A DNA stretch of 64,000 nucleotides, from NCBI GenBank assembly GCA_963729625.1, contig CAVSOU010000011.1:96001-160000 (forward strand). Reading direction: 5' to 3'. Position 1 is the first letter of the stretch. The number at the start of each line of letters is the position of its first letter. Under the pieces are notes generated by a model, which was not told the origin of the DNA, ran no database searches, and saw nothing but the letters and a program-made list of their open reading frames with translations. Position numbers and translations under genes: made by a program. This document shows, piece by piece, positions 10,347 through 19,690 of this stretch. This stretch comes from an uncultured bacterium (GTDB taxonomy: Bacteria > Chloroflexota > UBA5177 > JANWHV01).

Positions 10347-10480
10347 CTCTACCCTATCATGCCGATACGCTGCCTGTCGAACGCTTGGAGCAGGGCGTGC
10401 GCTCCTTCCAATGCCCGATCATAGCAGGCGTCGGAGCCGGCGATGGCCGGCATGGTCGCTAACAAGTCTGCCGCCGGTCA

Positions 10481-10511
10481 GCGGGGCCGCTCGCCTTCCG
10501 AGCGGCCCCGC
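10481..10511 (-). terminator. 13-bp GC stem-loop after SBBP gene
   Basis: GCGGGGCCGCTCG-CCTTC-CGAGCGGCCCCGC, 27 nt past the stop. Confidence 0.65.
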
Positions 10512-10538
10512 AACCGATATTTCAGGTTGTTCGATTGG

Positions 10539-13286
10539 TCACGGTCCCACCGTGAGCGGCAGCTTGTCGAAGACCTTGCTACGCGACCCTGCCGCGCTGA
10601 CGATCAGCACCGCCGGCTCCACCACGGTCAAAGCCGCTTTAGGATGAAGAACGCCGATATACAGCCCATAGGCGTCGGCGGTCCCGCCGACATGCAACGT
10701 ATATATCGTCTCTCCCACCTTTGGATAGTGCGGAAGCTTGATCTTGACCGGCTTTTCCCCAGGCAACGGCGTCGGCGTCGCCGGCGGAGGCGGCGGTGCC
10801 ACGGTGTTCGTCACCGCCAGCGTCAGATCGACTTTGGCAAACGGCGCCGTGTGGATGGTTGCCGTGAGCGGCACGGTGCTTGCCACCGACAGGGCCGTCG
10901 ACGATAGTTCCAGGATAAGTGGGATCGGGCAGATCCCAGGCGCGGGCTCCGGCAGACCGGGAATCCTGGCCACGAACGCGTTCGGGTTTGGCGGGATATA
11001 CTTCCGACCGCCCGGCAGGTAAGACCCGATCTCTCCCGCGAGGAAGTTCGGTGATGACGTCACGCCCCCGAGATAGACGCTTCCGGCGCCGTCGACCGCG
11101 ATGTCCTGCGCGCTCTCGGCAAACGTGCCGCCCAGGTACGTCGAATACAGCATCTTTGTGCCGCAGCTGTTGATCTTGACCACGAACGCGTCGCTCATGC
11201 CAAACCCGCCGCGGTTGCTGCCCAGGCGGGGCTGCAGTGGCTTCACCAGCGGGAAACTGGGGCTGCTGAACTCGGCGGAAGTAGTGGAGCCGGCTACGTA
11301 GGCGTTGGTCCGGCCATCCACTGCCACGGCGTTTGCAATGTCGACGCCGCTGCCACCAATGTACGTCGCGTAGACTAGTACGCCCCGGGCACTGAACTTG
11401 GCGATGAAGCCGTGGGTTGCTCCGGAAACCACCTGGGCCAGGCCGACAGTAGGATGTATGCCGCCATTGGTCTCGCCCACGACGTATGCGCTGCCGGCCG
11501 TATCCACGGCAATACCATGAGCCTTGTCCGCGGCGCTCGCACCGAAGTAGGTGGCGTACACCAATCGATTGCCGTTAGCGTTGAGCTTGGCGATGAACGA
11601 GTTCAGATCGGTGCCGGCCAGGTGCGGCTGCAAGGAATGGGTTGGAATCTGGAAGTCGATCGAATTGGTCTGGCCGATCACGTAGGCGTCGCCGCTCGGG
11701 TCCAGCGCAATGCCATAGCCGTAGTCGGTACCGCTGCCGCCGAGATAGGTACTGTAGATCAACTTGGATCCTGACGGATTGAACTTCGTCACGAAGGCGT
11801 CCACCTGCGTGCCGAGCGCACCCTTCCCGTAGCCAAGGCTGCCGAGGAGCCCGTTCTTGACTGGAAAATTCCACGCATAGGTGTACCCGGTGAGATAGGC
11901 AGCACCCATGCGGTCGACGACGATACCGGTACCGATGTTGTCGCCCGCCGAGCAGTTGTTATCCGTGGCGCCGCCCAGCAGCGTGGAATAGATGAGCGAA
12001 TGGCCGTCTGGGCTGATCTTCGAGAGGAAGGCATCGTTGGCGCCGCAGAAGGACCGCTGGAAGGCGCCATTAGTCACCGGGAACGTCGTACCCCTGACCC
12101 CCTTGACTGCCTCGAGTCCGGCGTTCGTGTAGCCTACGACGTAGGCAAAGCCCAGCGAATCTACAGCGATGCCAGACGCATAGTTCGCCGTGCCATACGC
12201 GCCGGCAAGAAACGTGCCGAACAGGTATCTGTCGCCCTTCGGGTTTATCTTCTCCACGTAGACTACCGGACAGGGACTGGTGGAGTTTGAAGGGCAGTAT
12301 CCAGGATTGTATGCTGGTTGGAGTGCGTTCGTGCTGGTGATGACCGCTGTATACGTGGTGCCGGTGATGTACGAGTCACCCGCTTTGTCCACGGCGACTC
12401 CCGCAACGGTCGTATTTGACCCGAGGATCGCCCAGTAAGGCACCACCGGATCAATCACGAGCGGTAGACGCGGGTCATAGCTCCCGATAACAAATCCCAC
12501 CGTTTGCTTGCCGGATATCTGATACCGGCTGGAGATGATGCGGCGTTGGCGACCAGCCTGTTGGTAAACCGTGGGCGGTGTCTGAACGATGCCGCCCGCG
12601 GCGGTCGCGATAATCAAGTTTCCGTGCGCATCGATCGTCAGGCCGCTGGCGCCGGAAATGGCCAACCGGATGATGCCGGGCTTCGCGCCGGGCGCCAGCT
12701 GGAAGTCGTATTCCAGGCGATCCTGCGTTCCGTAGTACACGAGGTTGACACCAGGATAGACGTTTCTATATACCACGCCGCCATACGTGGGGACTCCCGT
12801 GCGCCAGTTTTGGCTGTTGGAGCCAACGAAATAGTTCACGGTAGTTTGTTGTCGATCCAGCCCAGAAATGCTCGGATGCGCGTTGGCGCCTGCGAGGTGG
12901 AAGCGCAGCGTGGCGGTCTGCTTGCCTGTCGAATGGCCACTTGCCGTGGATTGGTTGCCGGCCCCGGCTAGCAGGATGGCGTCGGTGTCCGTGAGGTACA
13001 GCGCGTAGCCGTTGCCGCGTGACAGGAAGCGCACGCCCGCCGCCGACGTGCCTCCGGCTGCCTCGAAGACCATCGGCAGACGGTCAATCGTCGCTCTGGC
13101 GGCGGACAGCTGAGCCGCCGAGCTCGCCGTCGGAGCGGCTTGAGATATGTGCGGAGCATTCGCGCGCGCGACCGCAACCGTCGCCGCGGTGAAGGGAACG
13201 CCGCCGCCAGTAAGGCCGATCGCGACGAGCAAGCAGATCGCGAGACTGATATTCGTCCAGGATCTCGATCGACGCGCCAATCTCAT
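10539..13286 (-). CDS. Secreted SBBP beta-propeller repeat protein
   Basis: Signal peptide; VNYFVG...WRTGVPTY, LEYDF, LVIDP N-domain; repeats YSTYLGGSGTDYGYGIALD/AYVxGxT; GGAAGGA RBS before ATG 13286. Confidence 0.88.
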   Translation of the reverse strand: MRLARRSRSWTNISLAICLLVAIGLTGGGVPFTAATVAVARANAPHISQAAPTASSAAQLSAARATIDRLPMVFEAAGGTSAAGVRFLSRGNGYALYLTDTDAILLAGAGNQSTASGHSTGKQTATLRFHLAGANAHPSISGLDRQQTTVNYFVGSNSQNWRTGVPTYGGVVYRNVYPGVNLVYYGTQDRLEYDFQLAPGAKPGIIRLAISGASGLTIDAHGNLIIATAAGGIVQTPPTVYQQAGRQRRIISSRYQISGKQTVGFVIGSYDPRLPLVIDPVVPYWAILGSNTTVAGVAVDKAGDSYITGTTYTAVITSTNALQPAYNPGYCPSNSTSPCPVVYVEKINPKGDRYLFGTFLAGAYGTANYASGIAVDSLGFAYVVGYTNAGLEAVKGVRGTTFPVTNGAFQRSFCGANDAFLSKISPDGHSLIYSTLLGGATDNNCSAGDNIGTGIVVDRMGAAYLTGYTYAWNFPVKNGLLGSLGYGKGALGTQVDAFVTKFNPSGSKLIYSTYLGGSGTDYGYGIALDPSGDAYVIGQTNSIDFQIPTHSLQPHLAGTDLNSFIAKLNANGNRLVYATYFGASAADKAHGIAVDTAGSAYVVGETNGGIHPTVGLAQVVSGATHGFIAKFSARGVLVYATYIGGSGVDIANAVAVDGRTNAYVAGSTTSAEFSSPSFPLVKPLQPRLGSNRGGFGMSDAFVVKINSCGTKMLYSTYLGGTFAESAQDIAVDGAGSVYLGGVTSSPNFLAGEIGSYLPGGRKYIPPNPNAFVARIPGLPEPAPGICPIPLILELSSTALSVASTVPLTATIHTAPFAKVDLTLAVTNTVAPPPPPATPTPLPGEKPVKIKLPHYPKVGETIYTLHVGGTADAYGLYIGVLHPKAALTVVEPAVLIVSAAGSRSKVFDKLPLTVGP

Positions 13287-13451
13287 GAGCTTTCTATCCT
13301 TCCCGATCTCCGTCCCAGCACCGACTCCCGCGCAAACGCGGCATCCGCGGTCGATGATGTATCGACCCGCGACTGGACGTGCCGGTACCACACGAACACT
13401 ACGCCATGCGCGGCCGCAACGCAAGCGACCTGTTAGGGGTAGCTCGGGCGC

Positions 13452-14285
13452 TCAGGATCCGGCGCGCTGCCGCTCGTCCGTGCCGAGCCAGACCGCAAGA
13501 CGCCGCGCGATCTGGCGCAACAACGCGCTGCGTCGCCGGCCGTACCCGGAGGCCCACTCGTTCACCGTCGCCGCGAAGCCGACGTCGTGTCCCCGGTCCT
13601 TGGAGGTCATGTACTTGAGGTCGCTGAGCTGCAGGTAGAGGTCAGCCGCGGCCGTGGAATCGGCGTCGAGCGATCCATGTTCCGCTACCGCCTGGACGAT
13701 GACCGGACGATACACGGTGTGATACCAATCATTCGCAGCTTCGCGCATCGGCACCAGATCGCCGGGCTCACACAGATACCAGCGATGTTCGTAGATCTGC
13801 TCGAGGGCCTGATCGTATCCGGCAGGCGTGCTGAACGCCGGCGATCGCAACCCGGTGTGCAGAGAGAAGCGGGCTCGCGCCGCTTCGAGCGGGTCCACGG
13901 CCGGCTCGTTCTGCTCGATGCAGTCGATGACGACGGCATCCATGTAGAGCTGCCCGACGACATGCGCCGCGCCAACACGATGGTGACCGTCGATCACATA
14001 GTACCCTCCGTGCAAACGGTACAGCTCGATCGGTGGGAAGATGACGCCTTCCGCCATCGCCTTGCATATTGCTCGAAAGCGGAAGGTACTCGCGGCAGTC
14101 GGCCGGAAAAGCCCGTCCAGCTGGTCGTGGCGGTTGACCGACCCCACGACTGCCTGAACGGGGATGGTCTCCAGGCGAGGCGGCAGCATGCTCAGTGTCG
14201 GATCGCCGGGCGAGCCAATGGGGAATCTCAATGGCTTGTTGCGCGGGTTCCGCTGCCAGCACGGCCGAAGTCGTTTACGATGCAT
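13452..14285 (-). CDS. ParB-like N-terminal domain plus DUF4032-like protein
   Basis: VVGSVNR...FRP, PPIELY...YYVIDGHHRV, EHRWYL, WYHTVYRPV, ADLYL; start uncertain. Confidence 0.75.
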   Translation of the reverse strand: MHRKRLRPCWQRNPRNKPLRFPIGSPGDPTLSMLPPRLETIPVQAVVGSVNRHDQLDGLFRPTAASTFRFRAICKAMAEGVIFPPIELYRLHGGYYVIDGHHRVGAAHVVGQLYMDAVVIDCIEQNEPAVDPLEAARARFSLHTGLRSPAFSTPAGYDQALEQIYEHRWYLCEPGDLVPMREAANDWYHTVYRPVIVQAVAEHGSLDADSTAAADLYLQLSDLKYMTSKDRGHDVGFAATVNEWASGYGRRRSALLRQIARRLAVWLGTDERQRAGS

Positions 14286-14366
14286 GAGAATCCTGACGAT
14301 TGTGATGCCTGTAAGAATTCATGCTTTGATCGTACCGGCTTCAGCCGAGGGTTTGGGGACGGCCCT

Positions 14367-14386
14367 GTTAAGGTTTGGTTAAGGTT
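14367..14386 (-). promoter_or_regulatory. 11-bp-period direct repeat, OmpR/PhoB-family-like binding site
   Basis: GTTAAGGTT-TG-GTTAAGGTT about 80 bp upstream of the DUF4032-like gene. Confidence 0.5.
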
Positions 14387-14458
14387 CGCCGGCCGTGTCA
14401 GCCATTTTACAGCGCCACGCTGCCCGGCCAAGGCGTATCGAATCCTGACACCGCAGTA

Positions 14459-15742
14459 TCAGGCTCGCCTGCCAAGCGTCTCCACGTGTTCCAACAGGCG
14501 ATCTATCTCCGCAGCCGTATTGTAGTGGACAGGACCTACCCGGACCACGCCGCCCGTTCGCTCCAGGTCGAGCCTTTCGGTGAGCGACAGCGCGTAGTTG
14601 TTTCCGCTCCACACGTAGATCTCTTGCTCTGCCAGTGAATCCGCGACGTCGCCGGGATGATGCCCGGCCAGCGTGAAGGCGACCGTGGGCACGCGCTCGG
14701 CCATCCGAGCAGGGTCGGCGATGCCCCAAATGTGCACGCCGGGAATCCGCGCCAGTCCCTCGAGGAGCCGCCGCCCGAGTGTCGCCTCGTAGCCGCGGAT
14801 TGCCCGCAGCGCCCGCAAGATCAGTTCGCGCCGGCCGGAGTCCGTGCCGCCGGTTGACGTTTCCGCGATTGAGCCGGCGTGCTGCAGATAGGCCATTGTC
14901 CCGAGCAAGGCCGCGCACCCTTCCACGCTGGGCGCGCCCGTTTCGAACCTGCCCGGAAGCTTCTCGGTGGCCGGCCGGACCTTGTACGGGTGGATCGCCT
15001 CCAGCCGCTCGCGTTTGCCGTAGAGAATGCCGAGGTGGGGTCCAAAGAACTTGTACGACGAACAGACCAGGAAGTCGCAGTCGAGTGCCCGCACGTCGAT
15101 CGTGCCGTGGGCTGCGTACTGTACCGCATCGATATACGAGATGGCCCCTGCTTGACGCGCCAGGCGACATACCGCGGCGACGTCGACAATCGAGCCGACA
15201 AGGTTCGAACAGTGCGTCACCGCTACGACACGCGTGCGCTCGCCGATTTTGGCCGCCAGATCGGCCATGTCGAGCGTGCAGTCCGCGGGGTTGATGTCGA
15301 CCACGCGGATCACCACGCCTCGTTCCTCGAGCGCGCGCCAGGGAGCCACGTTGCCGTCATGGTCCAGATTGGTGACGACAATCTCGTCGCCTGCGGAGAG
15401 GCCGCGCCCGATGGCACGGCTCATGGCAAACGTGAGACTCGTCATGTTCGGGCCGATGACGATTTCGTCCGGCGAGGCGGCGCCCAGCATGTCTGCCATG
15501 GCGGCGTGCGCCCCGTCCACGGCGTCGCTCGATCGCGCGCTCGCAGAGAAGTTCCCGTGCGGATATGAATTGGAGGTGGTCAGCATGGTATGTACGGCGT
15601 CGATCGTGTCTCGCGGCACTTGTGTCCCGGCGGGATTGTCGAAGAAGGCGGGCACGCGGCCTCGGACCACCTGCTGAAGCGCGGGGAACCGTTCACGCAG
15701 CTGTGCCACGTCGAAGGGCGCCTTTGTGGTCGTGTCGATCAT
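14459..15742 (-). CDS. Cysteine desulfurase-like class V PLP aminotransferase
   Basis: FFDNPAGTQVP, LDHDGNVAPW, DAVQYAAH, CSSYKFFGPH, RFETG; GAAGGAG RBS before ATG 15742. Confidence 0.9.
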   Translation of the reverse strand: MIDTTTKAPFDVAQLRERFPALQQVVRGRVPAFFDNPAGTQVPRDTIDAVHTMLTTSNSYPHGNFSASARSSDAVDGAHAAMADMLGAASPDEIVIGPNMTSLTFAMSRAIGRGLSAGDEIVVTNLDHDGNVAPWRALEERGVVIRVVDINPADCTLDMADLAAKIGERTRVVAVTHCSNLVGSIVDVAAVCRLARQAGAISYIDAVQYAAHGTIDVRALDCDFLVCSSYKFFGPHLGILYGKRERLEAIHPYKVRPATEKLPGRFETGAPSVEGCAALLGTMAYLQHAGSIAETSTGGTDSGRRELILRALRAIRGYEATLGRRLLEGLARIPGVHIWGIADPARMAERVPTVAFTLAGHHPGDVADSLAEQEIYVWSGNNYALSLTERLDLERTGGVVRVGPVHYNTAAEIDRLLEHVETLGRRA

Positions 15743-16145
15743 CGGTACTGCTCCTTCAAGGCTCAAGACTACACTGTATTCAGCGCGACTGGGGCAACCG
15801 CTCCGGCGCGGTTTACACTCACCAAGGATAACTCCCAGCCGGTATTGACCTGTGGTCTCGAGCGAACGGAACGGCCGGGGGCGGAGACCGCATGACGATT
15901 GGGGTTCATCTGTGCCGATCGCATGTGCCGGGACGCTGTATCGTAGACATGTTGTCAGCCTCGGGTGTAGCACACTGTCAACAGTCGTTCATTGCGGTGG
16001 TAGTAACCGGCCGTGGCCGGCAGTGCCACGACCCGAGACGACCCGCCCTTCGGGCAGGTACCCCGGCGGTGCCCGGTGTACCGCGCCTTCCATCCAGCAG
16101 TGGCCGGAGGGCAATGAAAGCTCTCCAGGCGGAGAGGAGCACGCA

Positions 16146-16952
16146 ATGCAGCTTGTTCTGCGAGCATATGACGCCAAGGGCGTTCTCAGGGCGGAGTCAC
16201 TCCCTGTAAAGCGCCTCTGGACGCTGATGGAGGCCGGTGGGCTCTGGGATCGCTCAAAGGCGCGTGCCGGCTTGCACGAGCATGCGGACGTGTATGCGCG
16301 CGAAACCGTGGTGGCGCGTCTGGAGTCGCTTGTGCAAGAAGGGTATGGTGACCAGAGTCTCTATTACCTGCGCGGCGCCAATCCGCCCACGCTTGCCACG
16401 CTGCGCCGGCCGCACTGGCCGGTCATCGGCGAGGACGAGGCAATCCAGCTTCGCGAGGACCTGGTGCGCTATCTCACTTACGGCCTGTGGCAGGCGCCGG
16501 AGGAAGTCGTGGCTCATGCCATCGCTTTGCTTACCGGCCGCGGCGACGCAGCAGTGCTGATAGGCGGTCTCCAGGGCACGGGAGAGCTGCAGGCAGTTCT
16601 GAGCACCGTCGAAGACGAAAACGCGTTTGCCGATGCATATGGTCCTACCGTCCGCGAGGGACTTCGGCAAGCCGGCGTGCCGGTGGACGACGCGGCGCTG
16701 GCTCAGGAGCTTGCCCGGCTCGTGCAGCTACTTGCTCCAGTGCGGCGACTGGTGCGTGGTGCGGCCGATGCCGGCCTGGCCGTTATCGTGTACCACGAAG
16801 AGGCGAAGCGAAGTGATGCGCTCACTCGCCACATTGCCGCGGCCATGCAGGTCGAGGAACCTCAAATGCCGGTCAACGATGAGCCCGCTACGGATGCTCC
16901 CGATGGTGTCGTGTATAGTAACGGGTACGGGGAATCGCCCGATGACCGCTAA
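16146..16952 (+). CDS. Hypothetical cytoplasmic protein
   Basis: GAGGAG RBS before ATG 16146; 268-codon ORF with protein-like composition; no recognised motif. Confidence 0.7.
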   Translation: MQLVLRAYDAKGVLRAESLPVKRLWTLMEAGGLWDRSKARAGLHEHADVYARETVVARLESLVQEGYGDQSLYYLRGANPPTLATLRRPHWPVIGEDEAIQLREDLVRYLTYGLWQAPEEVVAHAIALLTGRGDAAVLIGGLQGTGELQAVLSTVEDENAFADAYGPTVREGLRQAGVPVDDAALAQELARLVQLLAPVRRLVRGAADAGLAVIVYHEEAKRSDALTRHIAAAMQVEEPQMPVNDEPATDAPDGVVYSNGYGESPDDR

Positions 16953-17066
16953 AGGGCTGACATGGGTGGCTGAACTCACGGCGGCGGTCTCCGGTCGTGG
17001 CTGCCACATACAGGTAGCGGGTGGCGACGTGGCCATTTCGGGCGTTTCGAGCGAACCGCGCAATGA

Positions 17067-17819
17067 TTGCAGGTGTGTGACGACGTGCTAGGGCAGCCGA
17101 CTGAGACGATTACGCCCCAGGGTACTCGCATACTGATCATCGACGATGAGCCAAGCATCGTGCGCCTCCTTCAGGCTTACCTGGAGCACGAGGGCTTCGA
17201 GGTAGCAACTGCGGCGGACGGCGCGGATGCCTTGCTGGCATCTCGCAGCTTCAAGCCGCAGCTCGTTCTCCTGGACCTGCTGCTGCCCGAGATTGACGGC
17301 CTCGAAGTGTGCCGGCGGCTTCGCCAGGAATCCGACGTCTACATCATCATGCTTACCGCCCGATCGGAGGAGACCGACATTATCGTCGGTCTGACGCTCG
17401 GCGCGGACGATTATGTGACGAAGCCATTCAGCCCGCGAGAGATTGTGGCGCGCGTCAAAGCGGTGTTGCGCCGCGCGCGACGCCCGGCAGTGAGCCAGGA
17501 ATCCGAGGTTCTCAGCTTTCCTGACATTACGATCGACACGGGACGCCATAGGGTGGTCGCGTACGGCGATCCAGTCGATCTCACCGCCCTTGACTTCGAC
17601 ATTCTGCGCACGCTCGCGATGCAGCCGGGAATGGTATACACGCGGGCACAACTGCTCGAGCGGGTCTGGGGATATGACCACCTTGGAGACGAGCGCGTGG
17701 TCGACGTCCATATCGGCCTCTTGCGCAAGAAGATCGAGCGTGATGCACAGGAGCCGCGGTTCGTCAAGACCGTGCGCGGCGTGGGCTACAAGTTCGACGA
17801 CGGTGAGGCCGACCCGTGA
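17067..17819 (+). CDS. OmpR/PhoB-family response regulator
   Basis: ILIIDDE, LLDLLLP, MLTAR, GADDYVTKPFS, VDVHIGLLRKKIE, KTVRGVGYKF; start may be GTG 17085. Confidence 0.95.
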   Translation: MQVCDDVLGQPTETITPQGTRILIIDDEPSIVRLLQAYLEHEGFEVATAADGADALLASRSFKPQLVLLDLLLPEIDGLEVCRRLRQESDVYIIMLTARSEETDIIVGLTLGADDYVTKPFSPREIVARVKAVLRRARRPAVSQESEVLSFPDITIDTGRHRVVAYGDPVDLTALDFDILRTLAMQPGMVYTRAQLLERVWGYDHLGDERVVDVHIGLLRKKIERDAQEPRFVKTVRGVGYKFDDGEADP

Positions 17820-18913
17820 GCGCCTTCCGCCGCCTCTGGCATCTGCTGTGGAGGCAAATTACCTGGCGGCTTTTCGTTTCTTACCTGGTGGTTGGACTTG
17901 CGGCGATAGCCCTGCTTGGCTTGTTCATCCTCATCCTCGCGGAAAACTACTCGCACACGCATCCCGGCAGCTCTGGATTCCGGCTTGAGGTGTTGCAGGG
18001 CGTGGGGATCGCGGCTCTCGCTGCGATCGCGGCTTCTGCCGGTGCGAGCCTCTTCGTCTCGCGCCGAATTGTCGGGCCTCTGCGACTGCTGATGGATGCC
18101 AGCCAGCGCATCGCAGGCGGGCAGTACCACGAGCGAGTTCCGGTCGACGACGACTTCGAGATCACCCGGCTGGCGGCCAGCTTCAACCAGATGGCGCGGG
18201 CGCTTGAGTGCACCGAGGCGCTGCGGCAGGCGCTGATCGCCGACGTGGCACATGAGCTCCGCACGCCATTGACCACTATCAAGGGGTACATGGAAGCGCT
18301 GCTGGACGGCGTGATGCCACCCGGGAGCGAGACATTCGCGCTTGTGCACGACGAGGCGGACCGGCTTTACCACCTGGTGGAGGACCTCCAGGAGCTGTCG
18401 CGAATCGAGGCCGGGCAGGCGCCCATCGATCCGCATCCGGTCGACCTGGTCCCACTCATGCAAGGAATTGCCAGGCGCGTGCAGCCGCAGTTTGAGGCTA
18501 AGGGTGTACGGCTCGCCGTCCCAAGCGCCTGTGGCGCAGGACGGGTGCTGGGCGATGACGATCGTCTTTGTCAGATATTCCTCAACTTGCTCAGCAACGC
18601 CCTGCGCTACACTCCTCCCGGCGGCAGCGTGGAGGTGCGGGGCTACCGTGACCAGGACCAGGTCTGCGTGGTCGTGCAGGACTCAGGCATCGGTATCGCG
18701 CCCGAGCATCTCCAGCACATCTTCGACCGATTCTACAGGGCCGACAAGTCGCGATCCCGATCTCAGGGGGGCACAGGCATTGGGCTCACGATAGCCAAGC
18801 ACCTGGTGGATTTGCATGGGGGCGGAATAACGGTCAGCAGTGTGCCGGGCTCCGGCAGCACGTTCACCGTGTCGCTTCCTTCCGCGCCCGTGGCCGCAGA
18901 TGCCAAAGGTTAG
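17816..18913 (+). CDS. HAMP sensor histidine kinase (BaeS-like)
   Basis: 2 TM, HAMP, DVAHELRTPL H-box, NLLSNALRY, DSGIGI, GTGIGL; GTGA overlap with the regulator. Confidence 0.95.
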   Translation: MSAFRRLWHLLWRQITWRLFVSYLVVGLAAIALLGLFILILAENYSHTHPGSSGFRLEVLQGVGIAALAAIAASAGASLFVSRRIVGPLRLLMDASQRIAGGQYHERVPVDDDFEITRLAASFNQMARALECTEALRQALIADVAHELRTPLTTIKGYMEALLDGVMPPGSETFALVHDEADRLYHLVEDLQELSRIEAGQAPIDPHPVDLVPLMQGIARRVQPQFEAKGVRLAVPSACGAGRVLGDDDRLCQIFLNLLSNALRYTPPGGSVEVRGYRDQDQVCVVVQDSGIGIAPEHLQHIFDRFYRADKSRSRSQGGTGIGLTIAKHLVDLHGGGITVSSVPGSGSTFTVSLPSAPVAADAKG

Positions 18914-18914
18914 C

Positions 18915-19076
18915 CTAACTTCCTGCCTCATGCGACGAGGATGCCCATCCGCGCTTTTCTACCAGGCGAAGGAGCTTGAGCGCCGCCCCGGTAGGCCGCT
19001 TCTGGCCGATCTTCCACTTTTGCACTGTGGAGACACTCGTATTGAGTAGCGCTGCGAACAGCACCTTCGACTGGCG
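18915..19076 (-). pseudogene. Remnant of XRE/HigA(YiaG)-like HTH regulator
   Basis: SKVLFAALLNTSVSTVQKWKIGQKRPTGAALKLLRLVEKRG matches the SQxxFAxxLNxSxSTVQKWExGxKxPxGxxLKLL pattern; no start codon. Confidence 0.7.
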
Positions 19077-19078
19077 CG

Positions 19079-19690
19079 CTACACCTCGGCTCGTGACTGG
19101 AGTACAAACGCGATGAACGGCGGGAACACGAGCAACATCATCACCGGCAGCCATTCGAGCCAGTGACTGGCCGAAAAGCTGAACATCAGGATCACCGCAG
19201 CGAACGTGAGCAGGCAGAAGCCGGCGATGGGGAGGTTGGAGCGATCGCGCCTCCATAACGCCACCGGTGCGAGGAGCATCGCGGCCGCGAAAGCATTGAA
19301 GATCAGCCCGGCCCAGAAGTGATGTGGCGCGTAGTCGTTCTCCGGGAAGACCGCGTTCATGATCAGGCCGAGGCCGCTCACGGCTCCCAGTGTCTGGACG
19401 ATCACGAGAAGGCGCCGCTGGTTTTGTGTGCCGCTCTGCCGCCAGCGAGACAGGTTGAGGAAGAAGAATATCGCCAGCACGCCGGTGAGAGCGCAGCCGG
19501 TCAAGTAGAAGATCGCCCCGTGTGGATTGAGCGTGGAGTTCCCAAGCTGGCTCAGCGTGTTGTTGTACCACGGGCCGTACGGGCGGGGGAAGCGTGAAGC
19601 AGCCAGCACGGCGAACAACACGTAGGCTGCGGTCATACTCAACCCCAGCATCAGAGGGAGCCGGGCGCTGCTCCTGGTTCGCCGTGTCAT
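19079..19690 (-). CDS. DUF998-like membrane protein
   Basis: NTLSQLG, AVFPE...HHFWA, WLEW; 5-6 TM; ATGA overlap with the upstream gene. Confidence 0.7.
   Translation of the reverse strand: MTRRTRSSARLPLMLGLSMTAAYVLFAVLAASRFPRPYGPWYNNTLSQLGNSTLNPHGAIFYLTGCALTGVLAIFFFLNLSRWRQSGTQNQRRLLVIVQTLGAVSGLGLIMNAVFPENDYAPHHFWAGLIFNAFAAAMLLAPVALWRRDRSNLPIAGFCLLTFAAVILMFSFSASHWLEWLPVMMLLVFPPFIAFVLQSRAEV

Noticed and set aside
16100-16135. Fluoride or glycine riboswitch (GGCAATGAAAGCTCTCC)
   Set aside because: Lacks the fluoride 3' GCTRATGAC pseudoknot segment and the glycine GCCGAAG/CTCTCAGG core
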